Program-made: the position numbers and the translations under genes
Shown: positions 51,804-63,575 of the stretch, in pieces
Numbering within the stretch: the first letter of the stretch is position 1
Layout: each line of letters opens with the position of its first letter
Assembly: GCA_030295235.1 (NCBI GenBank)
Contig: AP026132.1
Span: 372,001 to 436,000 of the forward strand
DNA from: Fistulifera solaris
Taxonomy: Eukaryota
Direction: 5' to 3'
Length of the DNA: 64,000 bases
Notes under the pieces: generated by a model
Database searches by the model: none
What the model was told of the DNA's origin: nothing
The model's input: only the letters and a program-made list of their open reading frames with translations

Positions 51804-52351
51804 TACTGTGATTATTCATTCGAGAACAATCGGATATATTTTAATCTATTTTGCTTTCAAGGTTTGAACTTTGAACGTAATTGCCGAAGCAGAGTTTGTT
51901 GTTGTTGTTGGCGATGCTGTTTCTCGTTTGCCATCCTACGTAGTACTTATTTCCGCCTTGGCGAACGGAAACAACAGTTGTTTGAGCGTTTAAAGCGGAA
52001 ACGTGGTACAAAAATTCAAATTAGATGCGGATTGCGTTCTCTTTTTTTTCATAAAGAATGAATAGTGAATAGTATAGCATGACGAGGAAATTGTGTCGTA
52101 CTGGCATGTAAGACGTAAGCACCATCGCCTTGACCATCGCACCTTCACAATCTAAGGAGTTAAAAATAGCCTGGGTCAACTTAAAGCCCGTTGCCAAAAC
52201 CGTGCCTTCAGGTCTGATATTGCGCGAAACGTGATCTTTTGCATTAATCCTATTTTGTTGCTTTTGCATAAACTTAGTACGGCCAACATTCAAGATACTA
52301 CCAAATTTTGCTTAATCGTCCCATGCGACACAAACAAAGATTAGTAAAGAA

Positions 52352-53461
52352 TTAATGTGCTTCCTGCAGAAGAAGCAGTAGAGTTTCTGCCTTGTTATCA
52401 TATCCCGCAACGTGTGCAATCAGATCTCCTTTGTGATAATAGTTGTTTTTCAGCTTGGCCCAGTGCTGCTCGTCGACGTTCTTGGCTATTGTCTCCGCTT
52501 GGTCTACCGGAACAAATTTGGCAAAGCTGTTGATGTTACAGCGAGGCGGCACCAGCACATGATCATTAAAATCCGTCATGCTCTTCAGTTGCGCCTTCAT
52601 AGCGGTATTGTCCCCCGAAAGTGACAGACCCGGTGGACGAACATAAGATTTCATATTCCACCAATCCTCCAAAAACTGTTTCGACCAAGCAGTGTTGCGA
52701 AAGATGAGTACTCCGGAATTGTAGCCAGAATTTGGTTCGTCTTCTGCAACGATCAGGTCGTGCTGTTGATCTGTCGGTAGTATCGATTCGATTCGAATGT
52801 CGCTGTTCATAAAGACAGCATCGGCATCCGTCCATACGATCCAGTTGCAATTTTCCTTCTCCAGCAAATGCTGCATTGCCACGATTTTCGTCCAAGCGGG
52901 AGGTCGACTGGTAACAATTAAGTCGGATCCATCGTAAAGACTATAACCATGCTTTTTGGCGTAGTTTTCCTTATTTTTCCACGTCAAATCCAATACACTG
53001 TCGTAGTTTCTCCAGCGCATCATTCTCTGAAACCACCCCTTCGACTTGTGATCAGTGAGTGTCGTAATGCAGATTTTACCAACTTTTTGCTGCAAGACGG
53101 TAGGATCTGTTTCGCCGCGAAAGGTCTCGTACTCGGGCTCGGGGCACGCGCGTTCGGTGTAAGTGATGGGCGCATTGGCCCATTTTCGGCTTCCCATGTA
53201 CAATGAAATCGATCGATGTATCGTCAAATAAGAAGCCACGAAACAAAACAAGCAGAAAGCAATGTTTGTTGCACTCGCTCGATGACGAAGGTAGAGAACT
53301 GTTCGACTTGGTTTGAATTTAGAAAATGATAGTCGTCGACCGGGAAGGCCTCTTTCGGGAGACATATTTAGTGAACTGCTATTGCTTCGCTTCTGTGGCG
53401 TTCTCCGGGAATGATTTTGCATTCTATTGTCTCTTGGTCGAGAAATAGAATGATGAAACAC
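52352..53461 (-). CDS. Glycosyltransferase family 34 (GMA12/MNN10-like), type II membrane protein
   Basis: Single transmembrane anchor, NKENYAKKHGY, RPPAWTKI, WIVWTDADAVFMN, YNSGVLIFRN and GDLIAHVAG. Start uncertain. Confidence 0.88.
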   Translation of the reverse strand: MFHHSISRPRDNRMQNHSRRTPQKRSNSSSLNMSPERGLPGRRLSFSKFKPSRTVLYLRHRASATNIAFCLFCFVASYLTIHRSISLYMGSRKWANAPITYTERACPEPEYETFRGETDPTVLQQKVGKICITTLTDHKSKGWFQRMMRWRNYDSVLDLTWKNKENYAKKHGYSLYDGSDLIVTSRPPAWTKIVAMQHLLEKENCNWIVWTDADAVFMNSDIRIESILPTDQQHDLIVAEDEPNSGYNSGVLIFRNTAWSKQFLEDWWNMKSYVRPPGLSLSGDNTAMKAQLKSMTDFNDHVLVPPRCNINSFAKFVPVDQAETIAKNVDEQHWAKLKNNYYHKGDLIAHVAGYDNKAETLLLLLQEAH

Positions 53462-53825
53462 GTAAATGATGTTATTATAACAACCAAGAAGTTTGATGAA
53501 TGAATGAATGCCTTGTCAACGAAGCGAATGAATGCTTTGTTTTTATGGTATTGCAAAAAGTGGTTTGAGAGGAACTATATATATTTAACAGCATTTTGGT
53601 ACCGGTCAGACTTGCAAATAGAAATTACTCCGCACTTTTTTGGCGCTTTGGCTCGGCTAGAGGGCGAAAAAGACAAATAAGAGAGGATAGGTTCTACGGT
53701 CAGCTTCTGCTGCGTAGTGAGAGTCAATAAATTGTACACGATGCAGTTGTTTGATGTAGTTCTTTACGGCTAGTCGCAATCCTCCACGTTGTTCAGAGGG
53801 AACGATGTAGTTTACTAGGCTAGTC

Positions 53826-56800
53826 TTAATCCTCCACCAGGGCTACGCCGCTGGCCGCTTTGCTCTTCTCCACCATCGCCCTGAATAAGCCATCTTCTTT
53901 CTCCAATAGCTTTTCGGGGGTATCAAACTCAGCAATGTTGCCATTGTCCAGAACCAACACTCGATCACTGTCCATGATTGTGTTCAAGCGATGCGCGATA
54001 GTGAGAACCGTAGCATCCCTAAAGTTTTCTCGGATCATGGTCTGAATGTGAGCGTCGGTGGCATTGTCAATGCTTGCCGTGGCCTCGTCCATGACAAGAA
54101 TCTTCGGTTTGCGCAGCAAAGCGCGAGCGATGCAGAGCAATTGTCTCTGTCCTTGGGAAAAGTTTTCACCTCCTTCGGAAACAAGTTCATCGAGCCCACT
54201 GGGTAGTTCTTGGATAACAGTATCCATTTGAACCTTCTTCAACACTTCCCATAGCTCTTCGGTAGATGCAGATTTGAATGGGTCGAGATTGTATCGGACA
54301 GTGTTCGAGAAAATAATTGGGTCTTGAGGAATGATTGAAAGATTCAGACGAAGCGTCGACGTTCCTATTTCCCTGACATTGAGGTCGTCAATTATAATAG
54401 CCCCACCATCCTCCTCAAGCTCCGTAATTCGAAACAGAGATATCATAAGGCTGCTCTTTCCGCTTCCTGTACGACCACAGACTCCAATCTTCTCGCTCCC
54501 TTTCACTTGTAAAGAAATGTTCTTCAAAACAAGCGGTCCGTCGCGGTATCGCATAGATGCTCCTCGAAACTCAATATTACCTTTCGTCGGCCATTCAGAA
54601 GGTGCGGGGTCCACATCAGGAATGAATTCTGGCGCTTCAGGTTGTACTTGGTTTGTGTAAAACAATACACGCTCTACTGAGTTCATCTGTGCCTCAAGCG
54701 TCGCAATCATCTTGACACCATGTTTGAGAAAGTTCGTGACTTCAATGCTGTACGAGAGAGCGAGTCCTAGCCAACCAGCGGGAATGAAGCTGCTGGAGTA
54801 TGTGGCGACTGCGAGGCCACCGATGAACGCTCCGATGAAGCCACCAAGGATGTCTAATCTCAAGCTCAGCCACGAGCTGACGAGTTGTATAAGAATGTAA
54901 GAGGCATTCATTGTGTCAAATGAATGTTTGCACTGCTCAAAGAATCGTGTTTCTTCTCCATATGCACGAATCGTATTCGTGCCAGACAAGGTCTGAGAGA
55001 AGTCAGCAAAAATAGGAGAATTTGCAATGCTGTTGATTCTCTGAAGTTCCGTCGATGTCTTGCGAAACCATTTTTGGATTACGTAGTAACAATAGCTGAT
55101 CGGTACAAGTGGCACGAGAAAGGTCCCTCGCGTTGCAGCGATGATCGCCGCGATGGCACCCAACACGTTAAAAAGTGTAGAGATGCCCTGAGAAAGCGTT
55201 TGAGTCAACTCAAGATCGATCTTGTCCATATCAGCAGCAAACCGATTCAGCACACGTCCGGTGGGGGTAACATCAAAAAGGATACAGGCGCCCTAAGAAT
55301 GCTTTCCGTTAGACCGTCATGGAGGATTTTAGATGCAGCCAAGCGGTGCACCGCGATTAAAAGGGAACGGACGGTTAATCCGATGACGCCAATCAAGCCG
55401 AAGACGGCATAAATCGCAACGTAATAATTTGTTTCACTTGTGCTGAGCCCGCCCTCGTCACTAGCGGCTTCGGCCCAAAAAGCTAACCAAAAACCAGCCA
55501 TAACTTCTGCACCACGACCGAATGCTTGAACAAGTAAAACCATAAAGGCAACAACAAGTCCACCGACTCTGGCGTAGTGCATGTAGGCTGAACCCGCGAC
55601 GCTTCCTTCTTCGCGTTCCTCATCTTTGACTAATTTTTTGCCATTCTTCTGAAGTTGTATTTGATCCTCGCCTTTCTTCTCTGGTATTTGGGCTTTGGCA
55701 CTTGATTTCTCAACTTTCTTTTCCGCCTCTTCCTCGTTCGATTCCGTTACTTTTATTTTTGATACGTCAATGGCACCTGCAAAGTCGACGCCTTTGGCCA
55801 CTAGCTCCTCGTATGAACCATGATGTTGAATGGTCCCTTTTCCATGACGATCACCTTGTCACATCGTGCTAGTAAGTGCACATGATGAGTAACTATCATT
55901 CTTGTCGTCCCCTTGCTTACAGAGCCTGTAATTGCCTTTGAGAAAATCCATTCACCGACGTGAGAATCAACTGCGGAGAGAGGATCGTCCATAAGAACAA
56001 TTTTAGTTTCCTTCGAATACATAGCGCGGGCAAGAGAAACTCGAGCTTTCTGTCCACCTGACAGGTTTATCCCTCTCTCCCCGATTTCTGTCATATCTCC
56101 AGCAGGAAGGACTGCAAGATCATCTCGAAGCGCACAGGCATTTATAATTTCCTCGTATCGTTCCTGATCAAACTCTCGGCCAAACAAAATGTTTCCTCTT
56201 AAAGTGTCGTTTACGACCCAAGGTGTTTGGGAGCAATAAGACACAAAACCGTCTCTTTTAGCGCCGGCGCGCGGCATATACACTTTGGAATCATGGATCG
56301 GTTCCAGCTCTCCCAAGATAGCAGACAAGAAACTGGACTTTCCGCTACCGACCGTCCCTACAATTGCCACCAAGCTGCCAGACTCTACATGGCAATTGAT
56401 TTCACGTAGCGTAATCACAGGTACTTTAGTGGTTGCTTCGGTGTTTTCGCTCGCTTTACTACCTTCACTTTTGTGGCTGTGTTCGCTTGATGATATTTCG
56501 TCGTCCCCTTTCTTTCCTCTCTTGGGCTTCTTCTCTTTCTTCGGCTTTTCGTCCTGAATTGGCCGTACTGGACCAGCCTCAGGGTCAACCCAGCTGAAAG
56601 TTCCGTTCCGTATCGTAATACTTCCGCAAACAGTTTCCGACTCCGAAGCATTCGAAGGAGGATTTGGCTCCACGTATTCGGTTAGCTCAGGTAAATCCAG
56701 GTATCGCTCAAGGCGAGATAACGAAATCTTGCTTTGAATATATTGCAGAAGACCCATTGGCAAGAATGCGAAAGGGAAGCGCATCATGTTGAAGAGAGCG

Positions 56801-58183
56801 ACCGTCGTAAAAGCGGTGGAGGCTGTAAGAGGCTCATCTTGGATTGCAACATAAGTAACAAAGACCAAGACGGGTTGAATGAGAGGCGCCGCCATGAGAA
56901 TCAACGAGAATCCTATCGCCGACGTGTAGGCCAATCGGGTAAGCGCTTTGAGCTCGTTGCCACGAAGTTCGCTCACTTCCTTTCCGAAAGGACGCTCCCA
57001 TGCATAGAACTTAATGATTCGGATTCCCGACAGAATCTCGTTCATCATTTTGACGCGCAAGTCGGAGTATTTCAAAACTTCGCGGCGTTGCTTTGATACG
57101 ATCGAGAATACGACTGTGTTGATGGGCATCAAAAGCACCATGAAACCAACACCCACCCATGTAGCATTACCAACCTAGAGAGCAGTTACTTGTAATAAGA
57201 CAAAGGAGCTCTCGCACTGTAGAATGCAATCATTTCCGGTTACGTACCTGTTGATAAATCAGCGCCAAGGCCAAAACGATCTGAATCGGAGCCACCATAG
57301 TGAACCCAATGAACTGTAAGAATCGCTGCAGCTGTGCAGTATCATTCGACATCATGTTAACGACCTGCCCCGTGGATGTTTTCGCACGACCAGCCGCCGA
57401 AACTCGTACCGCCTTGCGATAGAGCATGGTCGAAACCGCGGTCCGCACAAACACCGCCGCGTGACTCATAATGGTAAGATGTCTGGTTTGAAGTAACGAA
57501 ATCACGAATGGCAGTACCCCCAACGCCGCCACTTGAATCCAAGGGTGCTCAATACTGTCAATCGGTCCCAGTGGCTCTCCCGATTCGAAGAATGTCACAA
57601 GATTGTTGAGAATGAGAACGGGCACGAAACCCAGCAGCGCAGAAATGACATAATACAAGATGGCGACGAACAGCGTCCACTTTCCGTATCCCGTCGCCAG
57701 TGCCGCCGCAATGCTGGGATCTTTTAGTTCCAGCGGTTTGACTTTGTTGCGCTCTTCTTCCGTTCTGCACTTGGCCAACTTCGCTTCGTGTTTTTGTTTC
57801 AATTTCTTGTTAATAGCAGCCGCTTTGACCGACTGCACTTCCCACGCTTCCATGGCGACTCGGTACGCTTTCTCGGCGCGGTCATTTTGCGAAGGAACTC
57901 CAATGTCTTCGGCGTCGAGTACTTTGTGCGAACCGAGACTGAGGAGCGGATTGAGAAAGTAAAGGAGCCATTGCGAAACGAAACCGGCTTGATCTTCTAA
58001 ACTTTTGTCCCATACACCCAGTTCTTTGGCGGATGCTACCTTTCGACCTCCGCCGCAACATAGCAAATCGGAGAAGCAGGTTCTCTGGACGACCGGGTTC
58101 GCGTCGGTCGGAGACGATACCTTGTTCTCATCCGTCGAACCGGAGGAATTGGTGTCGGGTGGGGAGTCTTCGCTTTTGCACAT
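53826..58183 (-). CDS. Full-size ABC transporter, subfamily C (MRP-like)
   Basis: TMD1, NBD1 ([28 protein letters not shown]), TMD2 and NBD2 ([32 protein letters not shown]). Intron ~57175-57247; frameshifts near 55800 and 55270. Confidence 0.95.
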
Positions 58184-58711
58184 GATGAGTCTGTTGTCTA
58201 ATAGCTTTGCTAATGTCTTTAGTAATCAAAAATGCAAGTAGCATGCCTTCGTAACGAAGACACTAATAGTATTGTGATTGCAATGATGGAATGACAATAA
58301 GAAAGAGTCAGCCGAGAGAAGACCAAGGAAAATCGGGTGATGCGATTTTCGTCGTCAGAAAAGTCTTTCCCTTGCATTCTCGAAGCCTCGATGTCATTGA
58401 AACGTACATACGGACAGATCATGAGAAATGGAACAAAAACGTCAACCATTGTCCGACGTCATAAACGACAGACCGGTATTGAATTTGCACTTCTTGATTA
58501 CCGCTCCGTCGCTTCTTTTCTGTACTCATTTTATCACACTCAACTTGCCGCCGATTTCCACAGCCGCTCATTTTCGTTTCTTCAAGGTTCCTCCGATCGC
58601 TTCGCGCGTCCGCGTTCCAACTTGCGCGTCACTTTTCGTCTGCAACCAAAATCCTTCATCGGACATTTGATAGCATCGTTGTTGTTGTTGATCAATATTA
58701 TAGAATAGAAG

Positions 58712-60040
58712 ATGAAATTTGCTTCGTTGGTGCTCCTCTTGCCGTTGGCTTCCGCCTTTGTCGCCCCCAAGGCGGCTTTTCGGTCGATGACCCTCAAGGC
58801 GTTCGACCAAGAACAGTACATTGCCGAGAGCAAAGAAATGAGACTCAAACATTTGGAGGAGCAAGCCATGTTTGCTCTCAAAATTTCGTGCGAGAACTTT
58901 GATAATGCAGGTGAGTTTGAATTACTGGTTTATTGTGAATCTTCGAGCGCCGACCTCACATATTTCCCAGTATTTCCGAATGCCATGATTGCGGGTGATG
59001 TCGTAATCACGGACTTGTTGGGTCGCATGGGATACTTGAAGAATGGAAAGGCCAAAATCATGGTCGTTGATACCTTCCACCTTTTCCCGGAAACGATGGA
59101 ATTTTTGAAAGTCCTCGAAAAGAAGTACGAATTCAAAGCCGAGATTTTCTGTGCCGACGGCATTCCGGTCGGTGACAAGGCGGCCTTTGACAAGCGCTAC
59201 GGAGCGGATTTGTGGAAGGAAGATATTGATGAGTACGATCGAGTCTGCAAGGTGGAACCCTTCCAGCGTGGGTTGAAGACTTTGAATACCAACTGCATGA
59301 TCAACGGCCGCACTCGTTGGCAGGGATTCGAGCGTGCTTGGATCGATTTGTTCGAAAATGCTCCCATCGGAGGAGGACTCGCCAAGTGCAATCCCCTGGC
59401 GTACTGGACCTTCGAGGACACCTTTGAATACATTGCCAAGTACAAAGTTCCTTACCATCCTCTTCACGAGAAGGGTTACCCCAGTATTGGTGATGCGAAA
59501 GATACTATCCCCGTCCCACAGGATGGATCGGTCAAGTTTGTCAACTACGAATGGGTCGGTGACAAGACCGTGTGGTGCGAGTACGCCAAGGAGCGCGTGG
59601 GACGCTTCGTTGGTTTGCAAAATAAGGATGGTTCGACCAAAACCGAATGCGGCATTCATGTGGACGGAGCGGAACGCACGTGGGATCGCGATTTGTGGGA
59701 GTCGGACAAGAGCAAGGCCAAGAAGCTCTCCAGTACCGATGAAGCCTTGGAAATCAAAAAGTCCGGCAAGCCCTCGGTTGTTGTGGTGTATGCTCCTTGG
59801 TGCCAGTTCTCTCAGGCCATGGAAGACGAATACGAAAAGTTTGCTGTCGCCATGGCCGGCGAGATGGATGTTTACACATTGCGAGGAGATGAAGACCGTG
59901 AATTCGTCATGGAAAACCTCAACACCAACTCCTTCCCTACTGTCAATGTTATCAAAGCGGATGGAACTGCGGTCAAGTACGAATCCGAAGTTCGAACTGT
60001 TGAAGCTTTCAGCAAGTTTGTGAAAGAGACTTTGGCATAA
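58712..60040 (+). CDS. Plastid APS reductase, APR-B type (no Fe-S cysteines), with C-terminal thioredoxin-like domain
   Basis: LASA-FVAP presequence, VDTFHLFPET, YDRVCKVEP, GRTRWQG, NPLAYW, GYPSIGDAKDT, catalytic ECGIH and thioredoxin-like WCQFS. In-frame intron 58911-58970. Confidence 0.92.
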   Translation: MKFASLVLLLPLASAFVAPKAAFRSMTLKAFDQEQYIAESKEMRLKHLEEQAMFALKISCENFDNAGEFELLVYCESSSADLTYFPVFPNAMIAGDVVITDLLGRMGYLKNGKAKIMVVDTFHLFPETMEFLKVLEKKYEFKAEIFCADGIPVGDKAAFDKRYGADLWKEDIDEYDRVCKVEPFQRGLKTLNTNCMINGRTRWQGFERAWIDLFENAPIGGGLAKCNPLAYWTFEDTFEYIAKYKVPYHPLHEKGYPSIGDAKDTIPVPQDGSVKFVNYEWVGDKTVWCEYAKERVGRFVGLQNKDGSTKTECGIHVDGAERTWDRDLWESDKSKAKKLSSTDEALEIKKSGKPSVVVVYAPWCQFSQAMEDEYEKFAVAMAGEMDVYTLRGDEDREFVMENLNTNSFPTVNVIKADGTAVKYESEVRTVEAFSKFVKETLA

Positions 60041-60212
60041 ACATAAACGCTCGAGCTACCTTTTAAATTGTGAGCCTCTCCAATAATAAATAGATGTGCT
60101 TCGTTATGTTTTATCATTCATCAGTTTTAGTGATACAGAATATTTATGCAATTAATCTAAAGATTAGTTATGAACTGATTGTAGCAATGGAAGATATCGG
60201 CCTCCCAGCCGC

Positions 60213-61817
60213 TCACAGTAACTTGCGATACGTGTGCATGTGGAAGTCACCCAATTGAAAGGAGTGAGGCGGACCAAAGCCGCAGGAAGTGTAAAATGTA
60301 TTGGCGCTTTCAAGGCCCGCAAAGGTCGTTGCAGTCAGCAGTACCTTCTTTGTTGTTTTCGTAGATATTTGTCTTTCAACACATTCCAACAGGGCTTTCC
60401 CAATCCCTCGTCGATACCAAGCAGGATGTACCACCAACCGGTGCAACTCGTAAACGTCTGGTGTAGTGTTTAGTTCGGTATCAGTATTGTGGAGTTGCTG
60501 TTCCCTGGGTGTACATTTACGTACGGCTATTCCGCCCAACACCGTTCGAGGATGGTGCTGCACGGCCACGAAAAAGTCACCCTCTCGATCACAAAACCAC
60601 TTTCTCATCTGAGACGAGGATGCAGCATCGTCGCTCGTCAGAGCCATGTCTTTCTTCAAGGCAGTCTGAACCATCTTTTGAATCGAAGGGTACGTTGCAA
60701 AGAATTCTTCGTATGACTGTGCAAATAACTCACGAATCGCTACTTCATCTTCGATTTCCACGGGCGTGATCCATGCTACGACGCTCTGGTCGGGCCCCGG
60801 AATTGAAATTGGGGCAAAACCGATGGACCATGGACACATCCTGCGCTGGAGCAAAGTATCGTCACTAGAGGAAAAGGCGCAAGCCAGCATATAGGACTGT
60901 AAATGCAAGGTCAGCGCCATGTGCTCATCAAATGGCTCGGGTATGCGTAACGAAATGCCGTGTGCGGATGCGGCCTGCCCGGCGGAAGTCACGTAGGCCC
61001 GGGGAAAATACTGTTTCAATCGCGCCCTGATCGTGTCGGCGGAGTATCCGAGCGGGTACATGGAGAGGGAGGAAGCCGTAGCCTTGCCTTTTTCCAACTT
61101 CTCGTGAAATAGACGCAAGTAGGCTCTCTTATATTCCTCGAGCACGGACTTGTCTTTCTCGTCGCTGCTGCACCCAAATGGCTCGTACGCCACCAAACAG
61201 CAATTAGGTAGCTGGCTGCAAAATTCCATGATACCGTCCGACACGGAGGGCTCCAAGTACGTCATGACGAGCTCAGAAATGACCAAATATGAACGCGAAC
61301 TATTGGCGTCTTGTTTGTTGATTTTCAAAATGTTCATTAGCTCGTGTCCCCATTCATTCTTATTTCGGAGATCGGTCGCTAACAACGTATACAATCCTCC
61401 CGTTGCTGTCGTTCCTTGAAACGCTCGCTTGCCTTCGGTTGCTGAAGTCTCTACAAAAGGAACCTTCTTCAACAAAGAATCGACTTTGCTGTCACAGATT
61501 TCCGGAACATCCATCTCAATGACACAATGTGCCCCACGAAGCGCCGTCCAAACACCGGTCACATCCAAACCCGCTCCCAACAGAATGACGGTCGTATTGG
61601 CCGAAACAAAGGTTTGAATACACTGTAAAATACACTCAAAGCGGACGGCATATCCAGCGTGGACAAGGGGAGTTTGTCGTGATGACGACGATGATGCCAG
61701 TAGCCATTCGCGGTAGAGATCGTCGCCCATCTCGTATCCCGCGCGTAGCGCCGATTGCTTGGCGAGCAGCGCATCTTGGGCGGTCCGTATAATGGCCGAA
61801 GGCAGCGTTGAAGGCAT
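60213..61817 (-). CDS. Leucine carboxyl methyltransferase (LCM)-like domain fused to a GNAT acetyltransferase domain
   Basis: N-terminal LAKQSALRAGY, TPLVHAGYAVR, VILLGAGLD, EMDVPE, ATDLR, ISELVMTYL and PFDEH. C-terminal YELHRLVVHPAWYRRGIGKALL and ANTFYTSCGF. Single uninterrupted 534-aa ORF. Confidence 0.8.
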   Translation of the reverse strand: MPSTLPSAIIRTAQDALLAKQSALRAGYEMGDDLYREWLLASSSSSRQTPLVHAGYAVRFECILQCIQTFVSANTTVILLGAGLDVTGVWTALRGAHCVIEMDVPEICDSKVDSLLKKVPFVETSATEGKRAFQGTTATGGLYTLLATDLRNKNEWGHELMNILKINKQDANSSRSYLVISELVMTYLEPSVSDGIMEFCSQLPNCCLVAYEPFGCSSDEKDKSVLEEYKRAYLRLFHEKLEKGKATASSLSMYPLGYSADTIRARLKQYFPRAYVTSAGQAASAHGISLRIPEPFDEHMALTLHLQSYMLACAFSSSDDTLLQRRMCPWSIGFAPISIPGPDQSVVAWITPVEIEDEVAIRELFAQSYEEFFATYPSIQKMVQTALKKDMALTSDDAASSSQMRKWFCDREGDFFVAVQHHPRTVLGGIAVRKCTPREQQLHNTDTELNTTPDVYELHRLVVHPAWYRRGIGKALLECVERQISTKTTKKVLLTATTFAGLESANTFYTSCGFGPPHSFQLGDFHMHTYRKLL

Positions 61818-62209
61818 GTTGGTTGGTTTGTTTTATGTGAACTCATTCATGCGGTTAATGCGTTTCTTTGGAATTAAATCTGCCCTTTCGACTTACCGGT
61901 ACTAAACCTGTACTGATAACCTTCACAGCTACATCTATAGCACACCGGTATTTTTTTTGCTAACAAAGGAACAGCTAAGCAGAACTTGTGTACAGTACTT
62001 TTCGAATTACCAGGTACTGATAACGTAGTACTACAAGTACAGTACTGATTACGCACTACGCACTACACGCACTCACTTTTCGAACACGGCAAATATTCCG
62101 ACAGCTTTGGCGTCAACTGCCGCCTATGTCAATCAAAATCGATTCTGACAACACTTGCTATCGTTGTTTCTCATCTGAGTTAACTTTTGAGAGAGTATTT
62201 GTTGAAAAG

Positions 62210-63544
62210 ATGCCTCCGGAAGAACGAGTCGAGGCCCGCAGTTGCGAGTTCACGGGAACGACAACGAATGCTACGTTTCATTGCTGCACCTCCACTCTGC
62301 CTTACCCAAAACGTCCTCTCGAAGACATCAATCGGGGTCTCAATTTGAATTTGGGACAAAGTATCATTTCACCCAACAGCAAAACGCTTCTTTGGGTGAT
62401 ACAATTTCTCGATCGCTTGCTCGTCCGATGGTGGGAACCTTATTTTCAGCGTCTCTGGAAATCCATTCCTCTGCACCTCCGAAAAAAGCTGACTTTCGCC
62501 GCGTGGAATGTCTACTTTCCTCTTCACAAACGACTACTAGGTCGAACGACCGGAATTCATCCCGATGCGTCACTGGAATATCACGCCATGACGACACTGG
62601 CTTGGTGGGGACGAATGATTCCGGTGACGATTGAGCGGATGCGCTTTTCGCTGTCCCAGCTGTCCGTCTGGTCGAACCATCCCGTACTCTCTCGCGTCGA
62701 AGTCATTGACGAGCCCATTGCCTGTCCTATTCCTCCCGATCAACACTGGCATGTGAAGGGATTGTACGTGCATGTGGCGGATGAACCCACGGAGTACACG
62801 TTACTGTGGATCTACGGAGGTGCCTTTCTCGCGGGCGACATGGAAGGTAATCTCGGACCCGCCGAACGTGTCGGTCGGGAAACGGGCATGGATGTCTTTC
62901 TCGTGCACCATCGTTTGGTGCCGGAAGTGCAAATGAAGGATATGTTATGGGATGTAGCACTGGGCTATCATTGGTTGACTTTACAGAGAAAGTCAACAAA
63001 AGTGCTCGTATTGGGCATCTCGTCGGGAGCCGGACTCGCGACGCGGTTGTGTCAGAGCGTGGCAGAGGCCATGCATGGTCGATCGACGCTTCCCGATTAT
63101 CTTTCTTCGATTTTACAAGACACTCCGTTACCCGCCGGAGCCGTCTTGTTGGGACCGTTTGCGGATTACACCACCCCTCGGGGTTCATTGATTACAAACG
63201 CCACTCACGACTTGATTGTCAATCCTCGTGTCCTCGAGTCCGGTTTACCGTATTTGGAAACACACATGGGTGGATCCCGGCGTGATCATTCTCCGATTTA
63301 CCGATCCTTCGCGGGGTGTCCTCCCCTCTGTGTCGTGACGTCGGAACACGAAGCCGTGTACGATCATGCCATTGATTTGGTGAATGCAGCACGCTCCTAC
63401 GGTGTCCCGGTCACGCTGGGTGTGTGGAAGTACATGTGTCACGTCTTTACGTTCTTGTCGAGTTTTGTGCCGGAAGGAGAGGAGTCGATGCAATTTTTCA
63501 TTCAGTGGCTGAAAGAACAGCAACAACGCAAGCAATTATATTAA
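62210..63544 (+). CDS. Alpha/beta hydrolase, hormone-sensitive-lipase-like esterase
   Basis: IYGGAF oxyanion motif, HRLVPE, nucleophile elbow GISSGAGL, SEHE and MCHVF. Start could be 62126. Confidence 0.85.
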   Translation: MPPEERVEARSCEFTGTTTNATFHCCTSTLPYPKRPLEDINRGLNLNLGQSIISPNSKTLLWVIQFLDRLLVRWWEPYFQRLWKSIPLHLRKKLTFAAWNVYFPLHKRLLGRTTGIHPDASLEYHAMTTLAWWGRMIPVTIERMRFSLSQLSVWSNHPVLSRVEVIDEPIACPIPPDQHWHVKGLYVHVADEPTEYTLLWIYGGAFLAGDMEGNLGPAERVGRETGMDVFLVHHRLVPEVQMKDMLWDVALGYHWLTLQRKSTKVLVLGISSGAGLATRLCQSVAEAMHGRSTLPDYLSSILQDTPLPAGAVLLGPFADYTTPRGSLITNATHDLIVNPRVLESGLPYLETHMGGSRRDHSPIYRSFAGCPPLCVVTSEHEAVYDHAIDLVNAARSYGVPVTLGVWKYMCHVFTFLSSFVPEGEESMQFFIQWLKEQQQRKQLY

Positions 63545-63575
63545 CGATGCGTTAATTTACATTTCATTATTTATC

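Noticed and set aside
58922..60023. Long antisense and alternative-frame ORFs over APR (245 aa and 229 aa)
   Set aside because: Shadow ORFs expected from the codon bias of a highly expressed gene.
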